From: an uncultured Planctomycetota bacterium
Lineage (GTDB): Bacteria; Planctomycetota; PLA2; JAEUHO01
DNA length: 64,000 nt
Direction: 5' to 3'
NCBI GenBank assembly: GCA_963752285.1
Contig: CAVVXN010000005.1
Location: 384,001 to 448,000, forward strand
Shown piece after piece: positions 36,617 through 46,446 of this stretch; the stretch's first letter is position 1; each line of letters begins with the position of its first letter. The notes beneath the pieces were generated by a model that saw only the letters and a list, made by a program, of their open reading frames with translations, searched no databases and was not told where the DNA came from. A program made the position numbers and the translations under genes.

Positions 36617-38983
36617 ATGAACCCGATCTTCGGACCTCGCCGAGCCGAGTGGATCCGCATCGCCGAGCCCTCGCCGGGGCTCGTCGAGGAGTCCGACCTC
36701 GGGCACTTCGCGTTCCTCGACCTCGTCTACCGCGCGCTCTGCTCCGTGCTCTACAACTTTGCCCAGTCGGGCCACCCGGGCGGCTCGATCTCGAGTGGTC
36801 GCATCGTCGCGGGGCTGTGCTACGACGCGATGGACTACGACGTCGCAAACCCCGACCGGCTCGACGCGGACGTCCTCTCGTATGCGGCGGGGCACAAGGC
36901 GCTCGGCCTGTACGCGATGCTCGCGCTCCGGGACGAGATCGTCCGGATCGGCGCCCCGGGGGTCCTCCCCCGGGAGGACGGGAAGCGCGTACGGCTGGAG
37001 GACCTCCTCGGGTTCCGCCGAAACCCCACGCACCAGGGCCACCTGTTCCGCCGGTTCGGGGCGAAGGCGCTCGACGGTCATCCCACGCCCGCCACGCCGT
37101 TCGTGCGCCTGGCCACCGGCGCGTCCGGCGTCGGCGTCGGCGCCTCGCTGGGCCTCGCCGCGGGCCTCGCCGACCTCTACGGCCGTGCGGCGCCCCGCGT
37201 GCACGTGATCGAGGGCGAGGGCGGCCTCACGCCGGGGCGCGTCGCCGAAGCCCTCGCGTTCGCCGGCACGGCCGGCCTCTGGAACGCGGTGCTGCACGTG
37301 GACTGGAACCAGTCGTCGATCGACTCCGACGCCGTGACGCGCGAGGGCGGGCGGCCCGGCGACTACGTGCAATGGGACCCGATGGAGCTCCTCTACCTCC
37401 ACGACTGGAACGTGGTGGAGGTCCCCGACGGCCTCGACTTCGCGCTCGTCCTGTCGGCGCAACGCCGCGCGCTCGAGATCGACAACGGCCAACCCACGGC
37501 GATCGTGTACCGAACCGAGAAGGGATGGCGCTACGGTATCGAGGGCCGCGTGTCCCACGGCGCGGGCCACAAGCTCTGCAGCCCCGGGTACCGGCACACG
37601 CTCGAGTCGCTCTTGGGACCCGGGGCGCCGGGGCTGCCGCGTTGCGTGGACGCGCCCTGCCGCCAGCCCGGCTGCGACGGCGAGCTCGAGGGCTGCTACT
37701 GGGAGACGCTCTGTCTCGTGCGCGAGGTGCTCCTCGCGACCCGACCGGCCTGCGACGAGATCGCGGCGCGGGTGGTCGCGGCGCAGGGTCGTCTCGACGG
37801 CCGGGGCCGGACGGTCCGCGCCGACGCGCCCGACGTGGAGCGGCTCTACGCCGCGGCCGACCCCGCGCGGACGCCCGAGCCCCTGGCGCTCCGGCCGGGC
37901 GCGAGCGTCGCGCTCCGAGAGCAGCTCGGCCGGGCGCTCGGGCACCTCAACCGCGCGAGCCGAGGCGCGCTGCTCGTGGGCGCGGCCGACCTGCTCGACT
38001 CGACGGCGATCTCCGCGGCGACCGAGGGCTTCGCGCCGGGCTTCTTCCACCTCGCGAAGAATCCCGCGTCGAGGACGATCGCGGCGGGAGGGATCTGCGA
38101 GGACGGCCTCGCGTGCGTTCTCTCCGGCGTCGCGGCGACGGGGCGCCACGCGGGCGTCGGCGCGTCGTACGGCGCGTTCCTCGCCCCGCTCGGCCACGTC
38201 GCCGCACGTCTGCACGCGATCGGGAACCAGATGCGCACCGGGCGCACGGGCGGCGCGTCTCGTCCCCTGGTGCTCGTGTGCGGACACGCGGGCCTCAAGA
38301 CCGGCGAGGACGGGCCCACGCACGCCGACCCGCAGGCGCTCCAGCTCGTGCAGGAGAACTTCCCCGAGGGCGCGGCGATCGCGCTGACGCCGTGGGAGCC
38401 CTCCGAGACGTGGCCGCTCGTCGCGGCGGCGTTCGCCGCCCGGCCCGCGCTCGTCTTCCCGTTCGTGACGCGTCCCCGCGAGACGGTGCCCGACCGCGAG
38501 GCCCTCGGGCTCGCGGCCGCGGAGGCCGCGGCCGACGGGGTGTACGTCCTCCGCCCGGCGCGCGGTCCCGCGCCCGTGGCCACGGTGGTGCTCCAGGGCT
38601 CGGAGGTCGCGTACGCGTTCGTGGACCGCGCGCTGCCCGCCCTGGACGAGGCCGGGCTCGACGTCGAGGCGCTCTACGTCGCGAGCGCCGAGCTCTTCGA
38701 CCGGCGGCCCGCCGCAGAACGGGCGAGCCTCTTCGCCGGCCGACCCGTGGAGCGACGGATGGGGATCACCGGCTTCACGCGTCCGACGATGGACCGCTGG
38801 GTGCCCACGGACGTGGGTAGAGAGCACACGCTCCACCCGTTCCGGAAGCGGCGCTACCTGGGGAGCGGCCCGGGTCCCCGTGTGCTCGCCGAGGCGGGCC
38901 TCGACGGCGAGGCCCAGGTCGAGGCGATCCGCGCGTTCGTGGACGCGCTCGTCCGCCGGCGGGCCGTGCCCGCCGGCGCGTAG
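36617..38983 (+). CDS. Atypical transketolase-family TPP enzyme
   Basis: SGHPGGS, AGHK, LDGHP, ADLLDST, GICE, GEDGPTH; TPP motif reads GEG...DWN. Confidence 0.82.
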   Translation: MNPIFGPRRAEWIRIAEPSPGLVEESDLGHFAFLDLVYRALCSVLYNFAQSGHPGGSISSGRIVAGLCYDAMDYDVANPDRLDADVLSYAAGHKALGLYAMLALRDEIVRIGAPGVLPREDGKRVRLEDLLGFRRNPTHQGHLFRRFGAKALDGHPTPATPFVRLATGASGVGVGASLGLAAGLADLYGRAAPRVHVIEGEGGLTPGRVAEALAFAGTAGLWNAVLHVDWNQSSIDSDAVTREGGRPGDYVQWDPMELLYLHDWNVVEVPDGLDFALVLSAQRRALEIDNGQPTAIVYRTEKGWRYGIEGRVSHGAGHKLCSPGYRHTLESLLGPGAPGLPRCVDAPCRQPGCDGELEGCYWETLCLVREVLLATRPACDEIAARVVAAQGRLDGRGRTVRADAPDVERLYAAADPARTPEPLALRPGASVALREQLGRALGHLNRASRGALLVGAADLLDSTAISAATEGFAPGFFHLAKNPASRTIAAGGICEDGLACVLSGVAATGRHAGVGASYGAFLAPLGHVAARLHAIGNQMRTGRTGGASRPLVLVCGHAGLKTGEDGPTHADPQALQLVQENFPEGAAIALTPWEPSETWPLVAAAFAARPALVFPFVTRPRETVPDREALGLAAAEAAADGVYVLRPARGPAPVATVVLQGSEVAYAFVDRALPALDEAGLDVEALYVASAELFDRRPAAERASLFAGRPVERRMGITGFTRPTMDRWVPTDVGREHTLHPFRKRRYLGSGPGPRVLAEAGLDGEAQVEAIRAFVDALVRRRAVPAGA

Positions 38984-39016
38984 CCGGGCCGGAGGGGCGT
39001 CCTCTGCGCGCGCGGC

Positions 39017-39709
39017 TCAGGCGACCCAGGTCCTCTTCTTCACCACGACGACCCAGTGCCCGCCTTGCCGGCGCAGGAGGACCCACCACCCCGAGCCGGC
39101 GAGACCGCCGGCCAGCGAGGACGCTTGCAGCACGGCCTGGTCTCCGCGGGGAGAGAACCCCACGTCGCTCAGGTGGACCAGCCCGGAGCTGCCGGGGTAC
39201 CGGTGGTGGAAGCCCATCCACGCCGGGCTCTCCCCAGCGGGTCCGTCGGGCGTGATGACCACGGGCTCGATGGCCCTGCTGCTCGCCTCGGTGAACCACT
39301 CGATCGGTCGTGACGCGGCCAGGTCCCTCGGCGCCGGGACCCGCGCCGCGTGCGCGAGCCAGTCCGCGAACGTCTCCGGCGCGAGCCCCTCGAGGGTCGG
39401 GCGGTACATCCAGGTGCCGTCGGGGAGCGTCACCGCGTCGGCCGCGCGATCGGGACGGGGAGGGGTGTCCTTCGCGTAGCCGAGATCGGGGGAGAGGTCG
39501 TCGTCGATGACGAGCACGCGCGTGCCGGGCTCCACGTACAAGGCGTCGAGGACGGCCGCGAGCACCTCCCGCCGCGCGACCTCCCGGGGCGCGAGCGGCG
39601 GCCTTCCGCAGGCCGAGAGGCAGAGCGAAGCGAGGGCGACGGCGACGAGGCGAACGCGGTGGCCGCCGACCGTTTCGTCCGCCGAGCGGATCCGGACCCG
39701 AGCGGCCAC
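39017..39709 (-). CDS. Hypothetical lipoprotein
   Basis: Lipobox LSAC after a hydrophobic stretch; C-terminal W.GFH.RYPGS.G...S.VGF. Start uncertain (ORF track starts at 39817). Confidence 0.6.
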   Translation of the reverse strand: MAARVRIRSADETVGGHRVRLVAVALASLCLSACGRPPLAPREVARREVLAAVLDALYVEPGTRVLVIDDDLSPDLGYAKDTPPRPDRAADAVTLPDGTWMYRPTLEGLAPETFADWLAHAARVPAPRDLAASRPIEWFTEASSRAIEPVVITPDGPAGESPAWMGFHHRYPGSSGLVHLSDVGFSPRGDQAVLQASSLAGGLAGSGWWVLLRRQGGHWVVVVKKRTWVA

Positions 39710-39862
39710 GGGTCGCAAGAGGCGCCCGGGCGCGGCCTTCGAGTCCCCTCGGCGATGCCCTCCCCGGGGGCCTTTGAGCGGTGCGGCGTCGTCCCACATC
39801 GTGCGTCGGGTCCGCACCGAGGATACGCGATCTCCCGATCGGCCTCCACGGTGCAGCGCGGC

Positions 39863-42616
39863 TCACCGCGGTCCGCGCGTCCGCCGACGCGCCCGCGTCC
39901 CCCCGGTCGGCTCCCCCGGGGGCGCGGTCGCGGCGTCGCCGGGCGCGCGTTCGATCGCCTCGGCGCCCGCGGGCGGGCCCTGGTAGAGGAGGCGTCCGCC
40001 CGCGTCGCCGGCGCCGGGGCCGAGCACCACGAGGTGGTCGGCCTCGGCGACGAGACGCGGATGGTGCTCGACCGCCACGACCGCGTTCCCCGCGGCGGCG
40101 AGGCGCAGCAGAACCGTGGCGAGGTGTCGCACGTCGTCGGGGTGGAGGCCCAGCGTCGGCTCGTCGAGCGCGTAGAGGGTCGGCGTCTCCCCACCGCGCC
40201 CGAGCGCCGCCGCGAGGGAGAGTCGCAGCGCCTCTCCGCCCGAGAGACGACTCGTCGGCTCGCCGAGCGGGACGTACCCCAGGCCGACGTCGGTCGCGGC
40301 GGCGAGCGGTCCCGCCACCGCGGGCAGGTCGCGGAAGACCTTGGCGGCCTCCTCGAGCGACAGCGCCTCGGCGTCGGAGATCGACAGGCCCTTCACGCGG
40401 ACGCGCCGCGTGTCGCTCGCGAAGCCGGTGCCGTCGCAGACGTCGCACGGCACCGACGACGCCGCCAGATCGCGGAGCGCGACGCGGCGTTCGCCGATGC
40501 CCCGGCACGCCTCGCAGCGCCCGCCTTTCACGTGCCGGCTGAAGCGGGAGGGCCTCCAGCCGCGTGCCCGCGCGTCGAGGGTCGCGGCGAAGAGCCGCTG
40601 CAGCGGTCCGAGCACGCCGAGCACGCTGCCCGGGCTCGCGCGGGGGTGGCGCGAGGCGGTGCCCCGCGCGACGCGCACCCGGCCGACCGCAGACGCCCCC
40701 TCGACGGCCGTGACCCGGTCGGCCCGGAGCGGCCGCCGGACGAGCGTCGCCTCGACCGCCGGCGCGAGCACCTCGAGGAGCAGCGTGGTCTTGCCGGCCC
40801 CGCTCGGCCCCGTGATCACGGTGAGACCGGCGAGCGGGATCTCGACGTCGAGGCCCGAGAGGTTGTGGCCCCGCGCGCCCCGCACCCGGATCACGGCGGC
40901 ATGGCGCCGCCGCCGGGTCCGCGGACGCGGGGCGGGCGCGAGGAGCGCCTTGGCGAGCGGTGCGCGCCCTGCCGCCACCACCTTCGCCGCGGGGCCGGAC
41001 GCGACGACCGCGCCGCCCCGCGGCCCGGCGCCGGGTCCCATCTCGACCACGTGGTCCGCGTGGCGGAGCGCGACGGGGTCGTGCTCGACCGAGACGACCG
41101 TGTTCCCCTCGCGGACGAGGTCGGCCAGGCGGCGCCAGAGCCGCTCGCGTTCCGAGGGCGCGAGCCCCGCGGTGGGCTCGTCGAGGAGGAAGAGCAGCCC
41201 GCTCATCCGCGCCGCGCACGCCGCGGCGAGGCGCGCGCGGCGAAGCTCGCCGCTCGAGAGGGACGCCGCGGCGCGCGCGGGCGCGAGGTACGCGAGCCCG
41301 ACCTCGTTCAGGAACGCGAGTCGCGCCGCGGCGTCCTCCTTCGCGGCGCGGGCGAGGAGCCCCGCTGCGCCCTCGAGCGCCAACGCGTCGAGGAACGCCG
41401 CGAGGTCGCGAACGGCCATCGCCTCCGCCTCCGGAAGCGTCGTGCCCGCGAGGCGCGCCGAACGTGCGAAGGGGGAGAGGCGTGTCCCTTCGCACTCGGG
41501 ACACGTGACGTCCTTCGCGTACCGCGCCCACCGTCCGGCGCGCGCGAGATGTGCGAGCAGCCCCGGCGTGCTCGGCGTCCCCTCGAGCCAGCGCGTTCGG
41601 GTCGCCTCGGAGAGGTCGAGCACCCGCGCCCGCTCGTCCGGCGCCTCGCGGCGGACCCAGCGCGCGACGTCCCGTGCGAGGGCGGCGCGCCCCGCCTGGT
41701 CGAGGGCCCGCGCGAGCCACGCCGGGAGACGGGCGAGGCGCAGCCGCCGCGGGAGGACACGTTCGGGGTCGAGCGCAGGAACGGCACCACGGCCCTCGCA
41801 GGAGGGACAGGCGCCCTCCGGGCTCTCGAACGAGAGGGTCCGGGTCGAGAGGCGAGGCCAGGTCCGGTCGCACGCGCCGCAGAACGGGCGGTCGGCGAAC
41901 GTCGTCTCGCCGCCGCTCGTCGCGTCGAGCACGCGAAGGACGCCGCCCCCGAGGTCGAGGGCCTGGTCCACGGACGCCTGGAAGCGCTCGTCCGCGCCCT
42001 CCTTCGCGACGAGCCGGTCCACGACGACCTCGACGCGGGCGTCCGCAGGGACGCCGGCGGGGTCCACGTCCTCGGTGCGCGCGATCTCGCCGCCCGAGAC
42101 GCGCACCCGCACGAAGCCCTCGCGCCCGGCGTCCGCGAGGGCGGCGGGCCCCCGACCGCGCGACGCGAGCAGGACGAACCGCGTGCCGGGAGGCCGCTCG
42201 AGCAGACGCGCCGCGACGGCGAGCCGATCCAGCGCCACGAGGCCCGCGCCGCAGCGAGGACAGTGGGGGGTGGCCATCCGCGCGAAGAGGGCGCGGAGCG
42301 CGTACGTCACCTCCGTCACGGTCCCGAGCGTCTCGCGCGGGCCCGGCGCGCGCGCGGTGAAGCCGGCGGCGACCGCGGGCGGAAGCCCTTCGATCGCGTC
42401 CACGTCGGGCCGCGGGAGCTCGAGGTCGCCCCCGCGCCGCGAGGTGGCGAGGAACCGCCGCCGGGACTCCGCGCCGAGCGTGTCGAGCACCAGGGACGAC
42501 TTCCCGGACCCCGAGACGCCGCCCACGACGGTCCATGCACCGCGCGGGAGGTCGAGGTCCAGGTCCCTCAGGTTGTGCGTGCGAGCCCCGCGTACGCGAA
42601 TCGTGCCGTCGGACAT
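39863..42616 (-). CDS. uvrA: UvrA-family excinuclease ABC subunit A (divergent)
   Basis: GARTHNL, GVSGSGKSS and GPSGAGKTT Walker A motifs, CxxC zinc fingers, LSSGE/LSGGE, LDEPT twice, GPGAG. Confidence 0.85.
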   Translation of the reverse strand: MSDGTIRVRGARTHNLRDLDLDLPRGAWTVVGGVSGSGKSSLVLDTLGAESRRRFLATSRRGGDLELPRPDVDAIEGLPPAVAAGFTARAPGPRETLGTVTEVTYALRALFARMATPHCPRCGAGLVALDRLAVAARLLERPPGTRFVLLASRGRGPAALADAGREGFVRVRVSGGEIARTEDVDPAGVPADARVEVVVDRLVAKEGADERFQASVDQALDLGGGVLRVLDATSGGETTFADRPFCGACDRTWPRLSTRTLSFESPEGACPSCEGRGAVPALDPERVLPRRLRLARLPAWLARALDQAGRAALARDVARWVRREAPDERARVLDLSEATRTRWLEGTPSTPGLLAHLARAGRWARYAKDVTCPECEGTRLSPFARSARLAGTTLPEAEAMAVRDLAAFLDALALEGAAGLLARAAKEDAAARLAFLNEVGLAYLAPARAAASLSSGELRRARLAAACAARMSGLLFLLDEPTAGLAPSERERLWRRLADLVREGNTVVSVEHDPVALRHADHVVEMGPGAGPRGGAVVASGPAAKVVAAGRAPLAKALLAPAPRPRTRRRRHAAVIRVRGARGHNLSGLDVEIPLAGLTVITGPSGAGKTTLLLEVLAPAVEATLVRRPLRADRVTAVEGASAVGRVRVARGTASRHPRASPGSVLGVLGPLQRLFAATLDARARGWRPSRFSRHVKGGRCEACRGIGERRVALRDLAASSVPCDVCDGTGFASDTRRVRVKGLSISDAEALSLEEAAKVFRDLPAVAGPLAAATDVGLGYVPLGEPTSRLSGGEALRLSLAAALGRGGETPTLYALDEPTLGLHPDDVRHLATVLLRLAAAGNAVVAVEHHPRLVAEADHLVVLGPGAGDAGGRLLYQGPPAGAEAIERAPGDAATAPPGEPTGGTRARRRTRGPR

Positions 42617-42819
42617 CCGCGTCCATCGTACGGCCCGATCCGCGCCGCGTACCCCGTACCCCGGACCGGACGCGGGATCCCGCGCGTCTGGCTCGTGGTG
42701 GCGCCCGCATCCCGATGCGCCCCCGCGAGGAGAGCGAACGGCTGTGCCGGGACGGCGCGGGTCCAAAAGTCGTCTCGTGACGCGGGAGCGGGAGTCGCCG
42801 TCGTCCGCGAAGGACGAGC

Positions 42820-42951
42820 GTGGCGCGGGCGGGTCGCGGGACGGACGAAGACCGCCGACGTGCGAAGGACTCGGGTCTCTACCGGGCGTACGCAAGACCG
42901 GTGAAGCCCGAGGTGCTGGAGGAAATCCTCGGTTCGCTCGCCGGCAGATGA
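42820..42951 (+). pseudogene. Degenerate C-terminal remnant of a response-regulator receiver domain
   Basis: Hand translation VARAGRGTDEDRRRAKDSGLYRAYARPVKPEVLEEILGSLAGR* resembles the REC tail VALTGWGQDEDRRR..EAGFD.HL.KPV; in-frame TGA at 42778 upstream. Confidence 0.55.
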
Positions 42952-43017
42952 CGCGCGGGCTCCGTCGGCGGAGCGGGCGCCACGGGGCCACGCGGGGGCC
43001 GCGGGTATGCTGCCGGC

Positions 43018-43707
43018 GTGAGCCCGACCGAGGAGTCCCCCGCGTTCGTCGAACCGAAGCGGGTTCGCGTGTGCAGCCTCTCGGGCATGCTCGGATCGGC
43101 GCTGGTCCTCGTCGCGTTCTTCTCGCCGTGGGTGCGGATCGACCCCGACGTGGCGAAGCGCTTCGACGCGGCGATCGAGTCGTCGCTCGAGGGACCGGGC
43201 CCGAGCCGCGCGGCGGCCGGCGACTGGCGCCGCCTCGGCCGGATCGTCTCCGAGCAGGGGGAGGTCTCGGGTCTGGACGTGTTCTTCTGGGCGCGGACGG
43301 CCACGCGCACGGCCGCGTCGGAGAACACGGCGAGCGGCTCCACGATCCGCGCGGTGCGGGTGGCCGCGGTGCTCCTCGCGGCGCTGCCGGTCCTCGCGCT
43401 CCTCTTGTTCTTCTACTTCCTGCAGGTGCGGTGTCGGCGCGCGCGCAGCCCCGCGCTGATCCTCTCGACCCTGGTGGGGGCGGCCGCCATCGCGACCGCC
43501 GCCCTCTACGACGTCACGCGCGGCATCCTGGAGGCGGAGACCACCCGCGGCGGCGGGATGTCACTCCTCCTGGCGGGCGGCGCGCTCCTCTTCCTCGCCG
43601 GGACGTTCGGCGTGAAGGCCGTGAACTGGTGGCGGGTGCTCGGCGGCTCCATTGCCGTGGGCACGTTCGTGGTGATCGGGATCCTGTCGTACGTCCGGGG
43701 CGTCTGA
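43018..43707 (+). CDS. Hypothetical membrane protein
   Basis: FFSPW after the first TM, about 5 TMs; TATGCT 6 nt upstream of GTG. Confidence 0.7.
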   Translation: MSPTEESPAFVEPKRVRVCSLSGMLGSALVLVAFFSPWVRIDPDVAKRFDAAIESSLEGPGPSRAAAGDWRRLGRIVSEQGEVSGLDVFFWARTATRTAASENTASGSTIRAVRVAAVLLAALPVLALLLFFYFLQVRCRRARSPALILSTLVGAAAIATAALYDVTRGILEAETTRGGGMSLLLAGGALLFLAGTFGVKAVNWWRVLGGSIAVGTFVVIGILSYVRGV

Positions 43708-43788
43708 GGGCCCCGCCGCCCTTCCGCCCCGACGCACGGGGTGCGACGCCGGGTTGCGCCCCGCGCCCCGGGCGTCGAAGATTCCCCC

Positions 43789-44316
43789 GTGGACCGCATG
43801 ATCTCCGTCTTCGGTGCCGGGAACCCTCCCCGTGACGACTACAACCTCGCGGCGGAGATCGGGCGTCTGCTCGCCCTGCGCGGGATCACCGTGGTCACGG
43901 GCGGGCTCTACGGCGTGATGGAGGCCGCGTCGATGGGGGCCAAGGAGGCCGGCGGGAGGACGGTGGGGATCCTCCGCACGTACAACCGCTTCGACGCGAA
44001 CCCCTACGTGGACGTCGTGATACCCACGGGTCTCGGTGACGGGCGAAACGTCCTCGTGGCGACCGCGGGCGAGGCGGCGATCGCCATCGGCGGACAGCTC
44101 GGGACGCTCTCCGAGATCTCGATCGCCCTGAAGCACCAGATCCCGGTCGTGGGGGTTCGCTCCTGGCGGCTCGACCGCGACGCGCTCTTCGACCGCTACC
44201 TTCCCGAGGCGAAGACGGCCGAGGAGGCGGTCGAGATGGCCGTTCGCATGGCCGACGAACGGGTCCGGGTGCGGATCGGCGCCGCGCCGGCCGACGAAGA
44301 CGACGTCTCGGACTGA
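43789..44316 (+). CDS. TIGR00725 family LOG/SLOG nucleotide-binding protein
   Basis: VTGGLYGVMEAAS.GA, TVGIL, NPYVD..IPTGLGDGRN, GG..GTLSEI. Confidence 0.88.
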   Translation: MDRMISVFGAGNPPRDDYNLAAEIGRLLALRGITVVTGGLYGVMEAASMGAKEAGGRTVGILRTYNRFDANPYVDVVIPTGLGDGRNVLVATAGEAAIAIGGQLGTLSEISIALKHQIPVVGVRSWRLDRDALFDRYLPEAKTAEEAVEMAVRMADERVRVRIGAAPADEDDVSD

Positions 44317-44323
44317 GGCCGCC

Positions 44324-44914
44324 GTGACCGATCCCAGCCCCTGGCCCACGCCCGAGGAGACCCGACGTCCCGGCGCCGCGCGGGGCCCCGGCGGGTTCGC
44401 GTACCTCGTCGCCTGGCTCTCGTTCCTCCCCGGGCTCGGGGTCGTCTTCGGCGGCATCGGGATCGTGTGGGGCGCGACGCGGAACGCGCTGTCGCTGATC
44501 CTGATCGGCGTCGGCGGCATCGCCTTCAACGTCGCCCTGATCCTGGTCGTGATCTACTTCGGTCTGCTCCAACGCGGGGGCACGTTCGACCGCCTCCGCG
44601 AAGAGCTCGCGGCGCAGATGCTCGTCCAGGTGGTGGACGAGATCGAGGCGTACCACGAGGAGCGCGGGAGGTACCCCCAGCAGATCGCGGACCTCGCACC
44701 GCCAGGCCGGCGGCCGGACCCGACCGTGGACCCGACGTTCATGCAGCGGGGTCTCGCGAGCGACCCGCACTTCTTCTACGAGCTCCTACCCGACGAGGCG
44801 CACTACTTCCTCCGCTCCGTGGGAACCGACGGCGTCCCCTTCACCGCGGACGACATCCTTCCCCCGCTCACGGAAGAACGACGAAGCCACACGGGCCTCC
44901 TCCTCCATCGGTAG
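44324..44914 (+). CDS. Membrane protein with a T2SS GspG-like C-terminal domain
   Basis: Two TMs, then IEAY..E.GRYP and Y.LRS.G.DG...TADDI. Confidence 0.6.
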   Translation: MTDPSPWPTPEETRRPGAARGPGGFAYLVAWLSFLPGLGVVFGGIGIVWGATRNALSLILIGVGGIAFNVALILVVIYFGLLQRGGTFDRLREELAAQMLVQVVDEIEAYHEERGRYPQQIADLAPPGRRPDPTVDPTFMQRGLASDPHFFYELLPDEAHYFLRSVGTDGVPFTADDILPPLTEERRSHTGLLLHR

Positions 44915-45068
44915 TCCGTTCTGCGGGCCGGAGACGATGGAGCGCCGATCCAAAGCGGCGGGACGAGGAGGCAGGCCGCCGACCCTCGTGGGGGGGCGCC
45001 TTCGCTATGGAGAGCTCGGCTCCGTCGAATCCGATCGCGAGGGCGCGGCTCGGCAGGGCCGGCTCTCC

Positions 45069-46373
45069 CTACCGGCCGAGCGGGTCGATGCGGGGCGCGG
45101 ACGGTGAGGGGGACGCGCCGCCGCCCGACGAACGCGGCGTGGCCCCGGGCGAGGGGGTCGGGCGCGGCGTCGTCGGCGCGGAGGAGGGACCCGACGGGAG
45201 GGACGGCCCGCGCGTCCCGCCCCCGGCCGACGTGGACGGCCCGGTGGTGGAGGCGCCCGTCCGACGGTCGTTCACCCGGTCCTCGAACGGCGTCGGTCGG
45301 AGCCGCCGGCCTCCCTCGAAGAGGCCCGGCGTGCCGGGTGTCCCGTCCCCGCCGGGCGGCGTCGGCCGCGTCGCCGACGGCGCGCGCTCGAGGCGCAACG
45401 TGGCCGTAACGGGGTCGGCGCCGATGGCGAGGCCCTCCCACGCGCCGGTGGCGTGAGGCACGCCCGTGACCTCGTAGCGGAGCTCCGTGCCCACGCCGAA
45501 GTTCGGGCGTTCGAGCGGCGTCGTCGCGAGGGCCCGGACGAGGATCCCGACGTCGCGCGAGAGGTCCTTCGTGCGCGCTGCGACGCCGCGGTCGGCCACG
45601 AGCATCGCGTCGATCGCGATGCCCTCGCGGATCGACGGCCAGCGCGCCGCGAAGCGCGCCGGATCGGACTCGACGGTCCCCCAGCAGGGTCCGAGGTCGT
45701 CGGCCACCAGCACGCCCACGACGTGTCGTCGATCGGCGAGACCGCGGAGGTCGGCGTCGTAGCCCGCGTACCGCTCGACGAACCGCGCCGTCGTGTACGC
45801 GGCCGCCATGTCGTCCTTCCGAGAGGAGTCTACGCCGAGCACGGCGTTTCGGCGGCGCACCCGCGCGCCGAGGACGTCGAGGTCCACGAGCGTCTGCTCG
45901 AAGGGTGTGAGACCGCGGCCGCGCGAGAGATAGGGCCCGGAGGGCGGCGGATCGACACCTTGCACGACGGGTACGAACGTGGCCGCGTGCGCGGGGATCC
46001 ACACGGGACGGTCCACCGCGCGGGACGGGCCCGCGGGCGTGAGGAGCGCCTCGCCGGCGGGCGCGAGCACGGGCCGCTCGCCGTGGTTCGCGACCCGCAC
46101 GTGCCAGCGGCCGGCCACGCCCGGCAGGTCCTGGACGTCGAGGTGGGGGCCCGCGAGGTCCGTGCGCGCGTCCCGGTAGGCGGGTCCGGCGGGAGGCACG
46201 TACCCGTCGGCCACGACCAGCAGGGTCACGGCGGCGCCGCGCACCATGACGGTCGTCCCGACGTGGAGGCTCGCCGCGAGCGTCGCGAAGGGCTGCGCGG
46301 GCGGCGCGGCGCCCGCGGACGACGCGACGCAGAGGGTCGCGAGGACCGCGGCGAGGGTCCTTCCTCTCGTCAC
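45069..46373 (-). CDS. Secreted protein with ARPP-1/DUF6569-like domain and Pro/Gly/Ser-rich tail
   Basis: Signal peptide from GTG 46373; VRVANHGERPVLAPAGEALL...R.V..PVWIP resembles the ARPP-1 family. Confidence 0.55.
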   Translation of the reverse strand: MTRGRTLAAVLATLCVASSAGAAPPAQPFATLAASLHVGTTVMVRGAAVTLLVVADGYVPPAGPAYRDARTDLAGPHLDVQDLPGVAGRWHVRVANHGERPVLAPAGEALLTPAGPSRAVDRPVWIPAHAATFVPVVQGVDPPPSGPYLSRGRGLTPFEQTLVDLDVLGARVRRRNAVLGVDSSRKDDMAAAYTTARFVERYAGYDADLRGLADRRHVVGVLVADDLGPCWGTVESDPARFAARWPSIREGIAIDAMLVADRGVAARTKDLSRDVGILVRALATTPLERPNFGVGTELRYEVTGVPHATGAWEGLAIGADPVTATLRLERAPSATRPTPPGGDGTPGTPGLFEGGRRLRPTPFEDRVNDRRTGASTTGPSTSAGGGTRGPSLPSGPSSAPTTPRPTPSPGATPRSSGGGASPSPSAPRIDPLGR

Positions 46374-46446
46374 TGCTTCCCCGTCGTGCGCGAGGGCCCG
46401 GGTCGCGCCGGCCGGATGGGCGCCGCGGTCACCGCGCCCTCCCATG

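Noticed and set aside
44915..45068. 154-nt gap between convergent genes
   Set aside because: Only weak pairings, no U-tract terminator and no convincing ORF.
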